IMG/VR virus record: IMGVR_UViG_3300025626_000015
Location: 11,718 to 75,717 of that record
DNA length: 64,000 bases
Source: a virus
Direction: 5' to 3' (one strand)
The position numbers and the translations under genes were made by a program. Shown one piece after another: positions 1 to 8,800 of the stretch. Below the pieces are notes generated by a model. The model searched no databases. It worked only from the letters and a program-made list of their open reading frames with translations, and was not told the origin of the DNA. Positions within the stretch are counted from its first letter, which is position 1. Each line of letters opens with the position of its first letter.

Positions 1-240
1 AGAGGAGAAGGATCTGAAAATAGTAATTGGGCATTTACAATTGCAGAAAAACCTAAAAAAGTTCCACCACCAAAACCTCCAAGAGTTCCACCCGGAATAT
101 TTGTTTCAAAACAAAAGCCAGGAACATGTTTTTCTTTTAAAGATCCATCAAAACTTAAACGAATTGCTCCATTTATGGCATTTGGTAAAGGTACAAGATC
201 TTCTGAAAAATCTTTTGCAAAACAAAAAAGAAATCTTTAA
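1..240 (+). CDS. 3' end of a hypothetical protein (partial, frame 1)
   Basis: Frame 1 is open from base 1 to TAA at 238-240 (RGEGSENSNWAFTIAEKPKKVPPPKPPRVPPG...KRNL*); preferred over the overlapping 41..250 ORF. Confidence 0.65.
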   Translation, partial: RGEGSENSNWAFTIAEKPKKVPPPKPPRVPPGIFVSKQKPGTCFSFKDPSKLKRIAPFMAFGKGTRSSEKSFAKQKRNL

Positions 241-251
241 TATAAAATAAC

Positions 252-280
252 TTGGATATTTAATTTTTATTTCTTATTAT
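252..280 (+). promoter_or_regulatory. sigma70-like promoter (class A)
   Basis: TTGGAT-N17-TATTAT upstream of ATG 298; same architecture recurs 8 times. Confidence 0.55.
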
Positions 281-297
281 AAAGAAAATAAAAAGAT

Positions 298-876
298 ATG
301 AAAAAGTTATTAATATTATTAATTTTACCATTATACACATATGGTCATGGTCAATTATTAAAAGAATCAAAAAGATCTGCAGATGAACAATTTAGAGATT
401 CTGTTAAAATTCATTTATATAGTTTAGTTAATCAATATAGACTCGAAAATGGTTTAAATGAATTAGATATTGATCTTGCATTAGAAACATCATGCAAAAT
501 ACATGCTCAATATATTTTATCTGAATTTATACCTGGAAAAAAATTTACTATGCATTGGGACTTAAATAAAAAAAATCCTTACTATCAAGGCAAAGAGCCA
601 TGGGAAAGAGCTAATTGTAAAAGTGAAAATATGGCTTTATATAACGATGTTGGAGTTCAATATATGGGTATAATACCAAAAAATGCAAAAGAAATAGCAT
701 ATCAATTTTTTAAACAATGGAAAGGATCTCCAAGTCATAATGAAAACATGTTGGATCCTAAATGGACTGTAACTGGATTTGATTATTATGCTACAATTAC
801 ATATTGGGATAATGAAGGAAAACTTGAAATAACTGATAAAATGAATCAATTCATTGCTGGTCAATTATTTAGATAG
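298..876 (+). CDS. CAP/SCP (cysteine-rich secretory protein family) domain protein with signal peptide
   Basis: Hydrophobic N-terminus; LVNQYRLENGL, HAQY, ENMA, WKGSPSHNENML motifs typical of bacterial CAP domains. Confidence 0.85.
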   Translation: MKKLLILLILPLYTYGHGQLLKESKRSADEQFRDSVKIHLYSLVNQYRLENGLNELDIDLALETSCKIHAQYILSEFIPGKKFTMHWDLNKKNPYYQGKEPWERANCKSENMALYNDVGVQYMGIIPKNAKEIAYQFFKQWKGSPSHNENMLDPKWTVTGFDYYATITYWDNEGKLEITDKMNQFIAGQLFR

Positions 877-878
877 TC

Positions 879-907
879 TTTGAATAATGAAATATTTTCA
901 TTATAAT
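879..907 (+). promoter_or_regulatory. sigma70-like promoter (class A)
   Basis: TTTGAA-N17-TATAAT upstream of ATG 947. Confidence 0.6.
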
Positions 908-946
908 AATAGTAAGTTAAATAAATAAAAAAGAAAAAACAAAGTT

Positions 947-1117
947 ATGGCAACATCACAAGAATTATTCGATCAGATAAAAGATTTATTTGTAGAATTT
1001 GAAGAAAATCACAATGGTTCAACTAAAGCTGCTAAAGGCAGAGCAAGAAAAGCTATTGGAGAAGTAAAAAAGTTAGTGACTGAATATAGAAAGCAGTCTG
1101 TAGCAGAAAATAAATAA
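947..1117 (+). CDS. histone H1-like (Hc1 family) small DNA-binding protein, 56 aa, not in ORF track
   Basis: MATSQELFDQIKDLFVEFEENHNGSTKAAKGRARKAIGEVKKLVTEYRKQSVAENK; KAAxxRARKA...KKLxxExRK pattern of Bacteroidota Hc1-like proteins. Confidence 0.75.
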   Translation: MATSQELFDQIKDLFVEFEENHNGSTKAAKGRARKAIGEVKKLVTEYRKQSVAENK

Positions 1118-1139
1118 TAAACAATTAAAATTAATAAAA

Positions 1140-1337
1140 ATGGGTTATTACACCGCAAAAGTCCAGTTAAGAGATGACTCTACTGGCAAAATGAAGAAAG
1201 TTACTGAAATGTATCTTGTTGAAGCAATGTCTGTCACCGAAGCAGAAGCTAAAGTAGTTGGAGATTTTGGATCTACTACCTTGGAATATGAAGTAAAGGC
1301 GGTGTCTGCAAGTAAAATCATTAAAATTATAGGATAA
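1140..1337 (+). CDS. DUF4494-like protein
   Basis: GKMKKVTEMYLVEAMSVTEAEAKV matches the KKVTExYLVxAxSxTEAEA motif of Bacteroidota DUF4494. Confidence 0.7.
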   Translation: MGYYTAKVQLRDDSTGKMKKVTEMYLVEAMSVTEAEAKVVGDFGSTTLEYEVKAVSASKIIKIIG

Positions 1338-1633
1338 TGTATAATCAAGGAGAAACAGTAATTGTTACAGAGTATATCAATAAGAAAGCAAACGAAGTAA
1401 AACATTCAGTAGGTGTCATAATGAGACCCTTTATTCATAAAAAACAAACTTTTTATGATGTTTTATTAGAAAGAAGGACCGGATTATCCTTTCTGAATAC
1501 AGCAAAATCATCCAAGCAATCATTTATTAACAGAGAATTAACTACCAAATTAATTGACTCTGATAGTATCAAAACTACCATTCCGTTCAAGGCTATGTTA
1601 GAATTTGAAGAACTTCCTATAATGATTGCATAA
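1337..1633 (+). CDS. hypothetical protein
   Basis: 98 aa ORF, stop/start coupled on both sides. Confidence 0.7.
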   Translation: MYNQGETVIVTEYINKKANEVKHSVGVIMRPFIHKKQTFYDVLLERRTGLSFLNTAKSSKQSFINRELTTKLIDSDSIKTTIPFKAMLEFEELPIMIA

Positions 1634-1935
1634 TGGCTAGACCAAAATTACCAGAAATAGACAAATTAAAGAAAAGAGTCAGGAAAAGATATCCTGGCTC
1701 TTATTGTGTGCAAGATTCATTAGGTGAATACTACATAACGTGGAATGAAACTAATTTAAATGAAACATTTTTATTAGATAATACATCTACTGAAATAAAA
1801 GCATGGGAACAAGCTAGTATAACCGCTAAACACGAACAGCATATAAATCGTACACATCCTTTAAAAGCATTAATGTCTCAAGAACAAAAGAATTTAAATA
1901 AAGAACGTATAACAAAAAGAATAAGAAAATTATGA
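1633..1935 (+). CDS. hypothetical protein
   Basis: 100 aa basic ORF, coupled to neighbours. Confidence 0.7.
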   Translation: MARPKLPEIDKLKKRVRKRYPGSYCVQDSLGEYYITWNETNLNETFLLDNTSTEIKAWEQASITAKHEQHINRTHPLKALMSQEQKNLNKERITKRIRKL

Positions 1936-2327
1936 TAGTAAAAAGCGTAAATAACTCATGGGCCATTCCAGATTCAATGGTAGAACGATATGGCAAAACG
2001 TGGGCCAATATTGATTTTGAAGTAAATCCTAGATTATCAAACTATGCATTATATAATGATCCTATGAATACAATTGTAGGTCAATTATGCTTAAATGGTA
2101 AGAAATTAGATGCATCAATGAAACAGTTAAGAACATTGAAAACAGTATTGGAACATGTATTAGTAGATATTAAACTTTTACATGGAAATACCAATAGTTC
2201 AATTGATGTTCCGGTATTAAATAATACATTTTATTTGAAGTCTAGAGAAATTACTAGATTATATGAAACAATTGAAGATTCTATCAATACAATTAATAAA
2301 TCTTATAAGTTAGGATTATATTTATAA
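1932..2327 (+). CDS. hypothetical protein
   Basis: 131 aa ORF, ATGA overlap. Confidence 0.7.
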   Translation: MIVKSVNNSWAIPDSMVERYGKTWANIDFEVNPRLSNYALYNDPMNTIVGQLCLNGKKLDASMKQLRTLKTVLEHVLVDIKLLHGNTNSSIDVPVLNNTFYLKSREITRLYETIEDSINTINKSYKLGLYL

Positions 2328-2339
2328 TAAAATAGTAAT

Positions 2340-2504
2340 ATGAAAACATTTAAATATTTTTTTTTATCAGACACAAATAAAGAACCTATAGGAAATGTAA
2401 CTGCTAATGATTTACAAGAAGCTTATATTAAAGCGTCGTATATTAAAAAATTAGCTCCAATGCATTTCAAAGAATTGTTTAAAATAGAAGAAATTAATGA
2501 ATAG
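2340..2504 (+). CDS. small hypothetical protein, 54 aa, not in ORF track
   Basis: MKTFKYFFLSDTNKEPIGNVTANDLQEAYIKASYIKKLAPMHFKELFKIEEINE; fills the gap, preceded by TATTTATA at 2319. Confidence 0.65.
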   Translation: MKTFKYFFLSDTNKEPIGNVTANDLQEAYIKASYIKKLAPMHFKELFKIEEINE

Positions 2505-2928
2505 TCATCTAGATGCCATAGAAGTTCAGTTACCAGAATTTAACTTTTTTCAACAGCTAACTAGCAACGAAAAATTTTTATATTTAACTGAAATATATGA
2601 TTTAGAGACAAGAAAAAATTCTGATATAGATATAACAGAGAATCTTCAAACATTTTTTGATGACATAACTGAATTACAGCAATATGATGTATTAAATACA
2701 GGCGGTGAAGAATTTGATAAAGTTGATGTTTTAGTTGACAATGAAAATTTAGTACTAGAATCAAATAGTTTAAGTGCGGTTAGGCAAATTAAAAATAGAT
2801 TCATGGATGAAGGATATGTTTTAGCAAGAGATTCTGAAATAGAAAAAATGTTTAAGAAAAATAAAATAACACGATATTTACGTGTTTATAAAATTATAGG
2901 ACGAGTTTTTCATTTGTGCTATAATTAA
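2497..2928 (+). CDS. hypothetical protein
   Basis: 143 aa ORF overlapping the previous stop. Confidence 0.7.
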   Translation: MNSHLDAIEVQLPEFNFFQQLTSNEKFLYLTEIYDLETRKNSDIDITENLQTFFDDITELQQYDVLNTGGEEFDKVDVLVDNENLVLESNSLSAVRQIKNRFMDEGYVLARDSEIEKMFKKNKITRYLRVYKIIGRVFHLCYN

Positions 2929-2938
2929 TAATATAAGC

Positions 2939-2960
2939 ATTGAGTCACGGTAGGTCTCAA
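2939..2960. repeat. left arm of imperfect inverted repeat flanking hsp20
   Basis: ATTGAGT-CAC-GGTAGGTCTCA versus reverse complement of 3444-3463 ATTGAGT-T-GGTAGGTCTCA. Confidence 0.6.
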
Positions 2961-3024
2961 TTTTTATAAAATTTAAATTTAACAACGGTTAGCTAATGCA
3001 ACCAAAAAACACAGGAGGTTTAAA

Positions 3025-3438
3025 ATGACACATTTTAAAGAAACACTATTATTCAACGATTTCGATTTAGTTTGGAAAAACTTTTTCGATCACAAATCAT
3101 CTTTTTTACCGGTAACATCAAATAAAATGAATTATCCAGTTGATATATTTTCAACTGATAATGGAATACGATTTGAAATTGCTGCAGTAGGTAAAGACAA
3201 ATCAGATATTGAAATTTTAACTGAAGGAGAGACGTTAAGAATTCGATATGACAAAGAATCAGATCCAAAGCGTGAATTTATTCACAAAGGAATTGCTAAA
3301 CGGGCTTTTGATTTTGCTTGGAAAATATCTAAAGAATTAGATTTAACAAAAGCAAATGCTACAATGGATAAAGGATTGTTATCAATTGATATTCCATATG
3401 CTAAGGATAGAGCACCAAAGCGATTAACAATAAAATAA
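3025..3438 (+). CDS. hsp20: small heat shock protein (Hsp20/alpha-crystallin family)
   Basis: YPVDI, FEIAAVGKDKSDIEI, FIHKGIAKRAFDFAW, ATMDKGLLSIDIP, C-terminal LTIK; SD AGGAGGT at 3013-3019. Confidence 0.93.
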   Translation: MTHFKETLLFNDFDLVWKNFFDHKSSFLPVTSNKMNYPVDIFSTDNGIRFEIAAVGKDKSDIEILTEGETLRIRYDKESDPKREFIHKGIAKRAFDFAWKISKELDLTKANATMDKGLLSIDIPYAKDRAPKRLTIK

Positions 3439-3443
3439 GTTAC

Positions 3444-3463
3444 ATGAGACCTACCAACTCAAT
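3444..3463. repeat. right arm of imperfect inverted repeat flanking hsp20
   Basis: ATGAGACCTACCAACTCAAT; complementary to 2939-2960; overlaps start codon of next ORF. Confidence 0.6.
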
Positions 3464-3647
3464 ATATATTCCACCAACAATTGAATTTCAACATAAACGA
3501 TTTAATGTAAAACGTCTTGTAAAAGATGATCCAAATGAAAATATAGAATATTGGAAAAACATTATAGAACATGATACCGTTTTACGTAAAGATGGTTATT
3601 TATGGTTTTTAATTGAAATAACACCTGTTGAAATAATTGAAGAATGA
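3444..3647 (+). CDS. hypothetical protein
   Basis: 67 aa ORF in operon context. Confidence 0.65.
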   Translation: MRPTNSIYIPPTIEFQHKRFNVKRLVKDDPNENIEYWKNIIEHDTVLRKDGYLWFLIEITPVEIIEE

Positions 3648-4144
3648 AAAAAAAGAAATTACCAAAATATATTCAACAAATATTTACAAAACCACAATTT
3701 AAAAAAGACGATCTTGTTAAATATGAATTTCTAGGAGACTCTGGATGGGGAATTGTTAAAAAGATAATAAATGCAAATGATAAAATTACTTACATGGTTA
3801 AAGGAAATGGTTACACGTATCCGTGCGGCATTCAAATCAAAGAATACAGCAGTTACTACGCCGGATCCATCGATTTCGAAACTTCAAAAGCTAGATCAAA
3901 TAATGCAACAGCCGGCGATGCAGAAATTAAAAAACGAATTAACAATTCAACAAGGAAACGAGTTTCTGGATTTAATAGCAACACAATATCAGATACAGGA
4001 TCTGGATATGGGACAACGATTCGTTCTAGGAATGGCAATGAACAACACATTGGATCAGATTCAAAAAGCAAAAAATCAAATAAATCAAGTGCATTAGACA
4101 AAGAAATTGATAAACAACGTAATTTTTTGCGCAAATTTTCATAA
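3644..4144 (+). CDS. hypothetical protein (possible SH3/KOW-like N-terminus, disordered C-terminus)
   Basis: FKKDDLVKY...GIVKKI pattern followed by S/N/K-rich tail. Confidence 0.6.
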   Translation: MKKKKLPKYIQQIFTKPQFKKDDLVKYEFLGDSGWGIVKKIINANDKITYMVKGNGYTYPCGIQIKEYSSYYAGSIDFETSKARSNNATAGDAEIKKRINNSTRKRVSGFNSNTISDTGSGYGTTIRSRNGNEQHIGSDSKSKKSNKSSALDKEIDKQRNFLRKFS

Positions 4145-4181
4145 TACAATATTTATATAAAACAAAAAGAAAGGTTATAAA

Positions 4182-4358
4182 ATGGCAAATTTTGTACACA
4201 AAGACGCGGTTAGAGACTTAATAGTTGATTCAGCTGATATAGTTAGATCAATGGGTAGAGCTATTGAAAATGGTCATATAGACACAAATTCAGCTCTAAA
4301 TAATTTAGGTTCAGCTTTAAGAAAACTAGAAGCTGCTGCAGAATATTTAAGAAAATAA
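4182..4358 (+). CDS. small hypothetical protein, 58 aa, not in ORF track
   Basis: MANFVHKDAVRDLIVDSADIVRSMGRAIENGHIDTNSALNNLGSALRKLEAAAEYLRK; TATTTATA at 4150, AGAAAGG at 4168, TAATG coupling to next gene. Confidence 0.7.
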   Translation: MANFVHKDAVRDLIVDSADIVRSMGRAIENGHIDTNSALNNLGSALRKLEAAAEYLRK

Positions 4359-5404
4359 TGAAACGTGGATTTCCGTATTTAGTATTTATATCAGCAATAG
4401 CATTAGCTTCAAGCGCTGCATATTATAGTGTATACGGAATTAGTAAATTATTTTCTGCACAAGCAGTAGCAGTAGCCATAATGGCTGGGACTTTAGAAGT
4501 TTCTAAATTAATTGCTGCTACTTATTTACATCGTTATTGGAAAAAAATTAATTTTTTATTTAAATTATATTTAACGTCAGCTGTATTAATATTAATGCTA
4601 ATAACATCTATAGGTATATATGGATTTTTAACAGCATCATATCAAACAACTGCGAATGAATTATTTGTAATGGATAAACAAATATCTGTTATAGAAATGA
4701 AAAAATCTAGATATAATGAACAACTAAATGGATATACCTCTGAAAAAACACAATTAGCAAGTTCTATTACAGAATTAACAAAGGGTTTATCTAATAATAA
4801 GGTTCAATGGAGAGATAAAGAAACTGGCCAAATTATTACATCTACTTCAAGTAAAACAAGAAAAGTATTACAAAGTCAATTAAATGACTTTAAAACACAA
4901 AGAGATAAAGTATCGTTGAAAATTGAAAATCTTACCGACTCAGTGACTAAATTAGATTTACAAGTTTTAGATCTCCAATCTAATTCAGAAGTGGCTAATG
5001 AAATTGGACCTTTAAAATATGTTTCTGAATTATTAGATAGGCCTATGAATCAAGTAGTAAATTGGTTTATATTAATTTTCATATTTGTATTTGATCCATT
5101 AGCAGTAGTGTTATTAATTGCAGCTAATAAAGCTTTTGATATTTTAACTCCAGATACAAAAGAAAATATATATGGAGAACAAGTTATAAAAAATAATAAT
5201 CCGGAAGCATTTAGGCCTCCACATCCAAGTGATGCAGTTGATATCGATAATATAAAATCATCTGCAGAAATTGATTCATATAAAATATGGAATGAAGATG
5301 AATCAGATAAACGTATGGATATAATTGCCCAAAATGGAAATGATGGATTACATTACAAGGATACGGAAACACCTCGTCCAGGAAAAACAAAAGTTATATC
5401 ATGA
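4358..5404 (+). CDS. multi-pass membrane protein with long coiled coil
   Basis: Three or more N-terminal hydrophobic helices, heptad-rich middle, further TM segment (WFILIFIFVFDPLAVVLLIAA). Confidence 0.75.
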   Translation: MKRGFPYLVFISAIALASSAAYYSVYGISKLFSAQAVAVAIMAGTLEVSKLIAATYLHRYWKKINFLFKLYLTSAVLILMLITSIGIYGFLTASYQTTANELFVMDKQISVIEMKKSRYNEQLNGYTSEKTQLASSITELTKGLSNNKVQWRDKETGQIITSTSSKTRKVLQSQLNDFKTQRDKVSLKIENLTDSVTKLDLQVLDLQSNSEVANEIGPLKYVSELLDRPMNQVVNWFILIFIFVFDPLAVVLLIAANKAFDILTPDTKENIYGEQVIKNNNPEAFRPPHPSDAVDIDNIKSSAEIDSYKIWNEDESDKRMDIIAQNGNDGLHYKDTETPRPGKTKVIS

Positions 5405-5559
5405 GAAAATTAATTAAAAAAAGTACAGCAACTAAAAAATTACAATGTAGATGCAAAAATTGTACTAATATAGTAGAAGTTGCTTCTACATCATTATCAG
5501 TTGTATGCTCTTCTTGCACATTTAAAATGGCAGAAGGTATATTGGAATATTCCAAATAA
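5401..5559 (+). CDS. small zinc-ribbon protein, 52 aa, not in ORF track
   Basis: MRKLIKKSTATKKLQCRCKNCTNIVEVASTSLSVVCSSCTFKMAEGILEYSK; CxxC...CxxC; ATGA overlap. Confidence 0.65.
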   Translation: MRKLIKKSTATKKLQCRCKNCTNIVEVASTSLSVVCSSCTFKMAEGILEYSK

Positions 5560-5570
5560 TTTATTATAAT
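5542..5570 (+). promoter_or_regulatory. sigma70-like promoter (class A)
   Basis: TTGGAA-N17-TATAAT upstream of ATG 5583. Confidence 0.6.
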
Positions 5571-5582
5571 AAATAAAAAGTT

Positions 5583-6359
5583 ATGTTAGAAGCAGAAAAA
5601 ATTAAATCAAACTGGGATGAATATAGAAATAGAGTTAATACTTTATTTCCGGATAGAGCAGAAAAATTAAATAAATTATATGATGAGTATGAAGACAGAA
5701 TCGTAATGATGCCAGCTTCTTCTGTTGCTCATTATCATAATGCATTCGCAGGAGGATATATTGATCACGTACTTAGAGTCATGGATTGTACAGAAAAATT
5801 GTATAATTCTTGGGAAAGTATGGGATCTGATATGTCTGGATATGAGTATAACGAAATGATGTTTGCTGCAATGCATCATGATTTAGGGAAATGCGGATTT
5901 CCAGGAAAAGGAAGAGAAGTATATCAAGTTGAAACATCGGATTGGCATAGAAAAAATATGGGAAGGATGTATAAGCATAATGAAAATATTCCTTTCACAA
6001 TGGTACCAGATCTTTCAATATATTTACTTCAAAAATATCAAGTTCAAATGTCTTGGAATGAATATCAGGCTATTAGAATACATGATGGTATATATGACGA
6101 TGCTAATAAACCATATTTTATTGCAAGATCAGCACAAGCTAAACTAAAAACTAATTTACCTTTATTATTACATCATGCAGATCATATGGCATCTCAAATA
6201 GAATATGAAAGATGGAGATCTCATAAAAATAACTCACCTAATCCAATTAGTTCTAAAACGAAAGCTACTAAAAAAACAGCTATTAAAAATTTAGCAGAAC
6301 AAAATCCGGATATTGATAAATCAATTACAGACATATTTAAAACTTTTGGAGACTCATGA
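5583..6359 (+). CDS. HD-domain phosphohydrolase (YhaM/Cbf1-like)
   Basis: PAS...HNAFAGGYIDHV, HHDLGK, IRIHDG, LHHADHMAS motifs; no OB-fold N-terminus. Confidence 0.85.
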   Translation: MLEAEKIKSNWDEYRNRVNTLFPDRAEKLNKLYDEYEDRIVMMPASSVAHYHNAFAGGYIDHVLRVMDCTEKLYNSWESMGSDMSGYEYNEMMFAAMHHDLGKCGFPGKGREVYQVETSDWHRKNMGRMYKHNENIPFTMVPDLSIYLLQKYQVQMSWNEYQAIRIHDGIYDDANKPYFIARSAQAKLKTNLPLLLHHADHMASQIEYERWRSHKNNSPNPISSKTKATKKTAIKNLAEQNPDIDKSITDIFKTFGDS

Positions 6360-6649
6360 TTACAATTATTTTTTTCATATTAGTATCAGGTATTGCTGCA
6401 TATTTTATATATAGAGCATATACATTAGCTGGTGAATTATCAGATCAAGAAGATTATATAAATGAATTAGAAGATTATTCTCAATATATGTATAATCAAA
6501 TTGAAGCTTCATATAATCAATTAAAAAGAATTGATAGCAGAGGATCGTTTGAATCTGACGACGAAGCTGGAACAGTATTTGAACAATTAAAACAAGTAAT
6601 AACAAATTTACAGAAAGAATTTAATGCCGAGAAAAAAGAAAGCAAGTAA
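6356..6649 (+). CDS. single-TM hypothetical protein
   Basis: N-terminal TM helix then acidic coiled coil. Confidence 0.7.
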   Translation: MITIIFFILVSGIAAYFIYRAYTLAGELSDQEDYINELEDYSQYMYNQIEASYNQLKRIDSRGSFESDDEAGTVFEQLKQVITNLQKEFNAEKKESK

Positions 6650-7325
6650 CCGTTATTGGACTAAAGTAACTGAATATTCAGTAGCTGCTTATAATCGTTG
6701 CAATGATCAACAAATACTAAAAGAAAAAATTTACAGAAGATTTATATATCCTGCTTTTATGAAATTAGCAGAAAATCTTATTAATAAAATGAAACCAGAT
6801 TATATAGACTCATCTTTTAAAGATTTACAAACAGATCTGGTTACATATTTAACAATGAGATTAGATAAGTTTAATCCCAATGCAGGTAAAGCATATTCAT
6901 ATTATACAAGAACTTCATTTAATTATTTAATTGCAGAAAATCAAAAAGCATATGCAAAATTAAAAAAAGAATCAGAGCCTATTGACATAGACGAAGAAAG
7001 AAATATACCGACTGAAATGCATAATAATGAAATGCAAGAAGTATTACACTATTTTATGAATGCTTATATTGAATATTGTTATGATAATATTAACAGTATA
7101 TTTACTAATCAGTCTGATATACATGTAGCAGATTCTATATTACATTTATTTGAAAATCGAGAAAATATAGAGCAATATAACAAAAAAGCTTTATATGTCT
7201 TTATACGTGAGCGTACGGGCCTACAAACTAATAATATTACCAAGGTAATTAAAATATTAAAACATATATATAATTCTAAATTCAAGGAATACGAGCAAAA
7301 TGAGTACATGAATTTACCCTTTTAA
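6624..7325 (+). CDS. gp55: late-transcription sigma factor (T4 gp55-like)
   Basis: FMKLAENL...DLQTD...LDKFNPNAGKAYSYYTRTSFNYL resembles gp55/sigma region 2 (FDPEKSxxxFxYFT). Confidence 0.75.
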   Translation: MPRKKKASNRYWTKVTEYSVAAYNRCNDQQILKEKIYRRFIYPAFMKLAENLINKMKPDYIDSSFKDLQTDLVTYLTMRLDKFNPNAGKAYSYYTRTSFNYLIAENQKAYAKLKKESEPIDIDEERNIPTEMHNNEMQEVLHYFMNAYIEYCYDNINSIFTNQSDIHVADSILHLFENRENIEQYNKKALYVFIRERTGLQTNNITKVIKILKHIYNSKFKEYEQNEYMNLPF

Positions 7326-7333
7326 TATTTATA
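7326..7333 (+). promoter_or_regulatory. putative late promoter TATTTATA (class B)
   Basis: Immediately after sigma gene, upstream of ATG 7351; one of 20 gene-proximal copies. Confidence 0.65.
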
Positions 7334-7350
7334 TTTAAAGGAATCATATT

Positions 7351-7782
7351 ATGGATATTAAGGAAGAATTATTCAAAGGAGTCAGTTTTTCTGATTTAAT
7401 GTCAAATGTTTATCATAACTCCAAGAAAAAAGATAGACAAATTAATCAATTAATTTCTCAATTGCAACCACTGATAAGAAATGCATCGGATGCTACTATA
7501 ATAGTTCCGTTAATAAAAGAATATTTAGATGTATCGGTAAAAAATGATGATCATATAGTCAAATTAACTGCAATTACACAAAGATACATTTCAACTACTC
7601 AAACAATATCCGGAGAGTCTTCTTTATTAAGTGAAGATGAAAAGAAAGAACTTCTAGGAATGGCTTCAAAAGATTTTGAAGATGAGTTAACAGAAGAAAT
7701 TGAAAAAATTGACGAAGAAGACAAAATACTTCAAAGCAAAATTCAAAAAGCAAAAGAATTAGTGGAGAAGAATAATGGCTAA
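7351..7782 (+). CDS. hypothetical helical protein
   Basis: 143 aa; first gene after a late motif; function not assignable. Confidence 0.7.
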   Translation: MDIKEELFKGVSFSDLMSNVYHNSKKKDRQINQLISQLQPLIRNASDATIIVPLIKEYLDVSVKNDDHIVKLTAITQRYISTTQTISGESSLLSEDEKKELLGMASKDFEDELTEEIEKIDEEDKILQSKIQKAKELVEKNNG

Positions 7783-8788
7783 TCCATTTCGTGTTGTATT
7801 TGAAATAGCTGAAGTAATTGACGTAGAACAGATCCGTACCGGAGAAAATATACAAAATTTATATTCTGTTTCCGCTGAAATTTATAATACTGGCACTGTG
7901 CAACATGATGTAAATGTTAGGCCGGCTTCAATATCTATGCAAACTCCTCCTACTGTAGGAGAAATGATTTTAATATTTAATGGTCCAAATCAATATAGTG
8001 GAAAAAAGAAAGTAGAATTACAATGGTATTATTTATGCACATTGCCAATTCAATCTTCTGTATATAAAAATGTATTACCAAGTATAGAGTCATCAAATAT
8101 TAATGATAATGTATTACCAAATAAAATAATTAATCCATTACAGTTATTTGCTGGAGATACATTAATTCAAGGAAGATTTGGTAATTCAATACGATTAGGA
8201 AGTTCTTCAATACCAAAAGAAATTTCACAATATGAATTAGGATCAGAATCTTCATGGAAAGGTACTATTTCTTCGAATACACTAACTTCAGATCCAATTA
8301 TAATATTATCAAATACTACAAATCATTCTACAGACTCAGAAGATCCGTACGGTAGAAAATATACAGTTGAAAATTTAGCTACAGATGTATCTTCTTTATA
8401 TTTAACTACAACACAAAAAATTAATACCTTAACATTGAATAAAAATATCGATAAATCTGGAGGATATCTAGATTATAATAATTCTCAATTAATAGGAACA
8501 GCTGATAGAATTATTCTGAGTTCGAAAACAGATAATATAATATTAGATTCTTCAAATAGGATAAGTTTAAATGCTGATGAAATATTATTAGGATCCGAGG
8601 ATGCGTCAGAACCAATGGTTCATGGTAATGAACTAATACAAATACTAACATTAATAATGAATTCAATTCAAGCTGGAACATTTGGAAGTGGAGCTATTTA
8701 TTCATTACCTGCAGATACATCATCAATTCCTCAAGCTCGAGAAAAATTAAAAAAGTTAACAAGTTCAAAATATTATATGAAAAAATAG
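7775..8788 (+). CDS. baseplate hub/spike protein (gp5/VgrG-like, no lysozyme domain)
   Basis: PPTVGEMILI OB-fold-type motif, GDTLIQGRFGNSIRLG, C-terminal short beta repeats and EPMVHG; sits upstream of gp25/gp6. Confidence 0.65.
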   Translation: MANPFRVVFEIAEVIDVEQIRTGENIQNLYSVSAEIYNTGTVQHDVNVRPASISMQTPPTVGEMILIFNGPNQYSGKKKVELQWYYLCTLPIQSSVYKNVLPSIESSNINDNVLPNKIINPLQLFAGDTLIQGRFGNSIRLGSSSIPKEISQYELGSESSWKGTISSNTLTSDPIIILSNTTNHSTDSEDPYGRKYTVENLATDVSSLYLTTTQKINTLTLNKNIDKSGGYLDYNNSQLIGTADRIILSSKTDNIILDSSNRISLNADEILLGSEDASEPMVHGNELIQILTLIMNSIQAGTFGSGAIYSLPADTSSIPQAREKLKKLTSSKYYMKK

Positions 8789-8800
8789 AAAGTTATAAAT

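Noticed and set aside
41-250. 69-aa ORF from the track
   Set aside because: TTG start, overlaps the open frame-1 ORF 1..240 that reads as a more plausible protein end
3771-4097. 108-aa alternative-frame ORF inside 3644..4144
   Set aside because: Fully nested, no initiation signal; outer ORF is coupled to its upstream neighbour
7351-7782. Terminase small subunit assignment
   Set aside because: Size and helicity fit, but no recognisable motif and far from TerL; left as hypothetical
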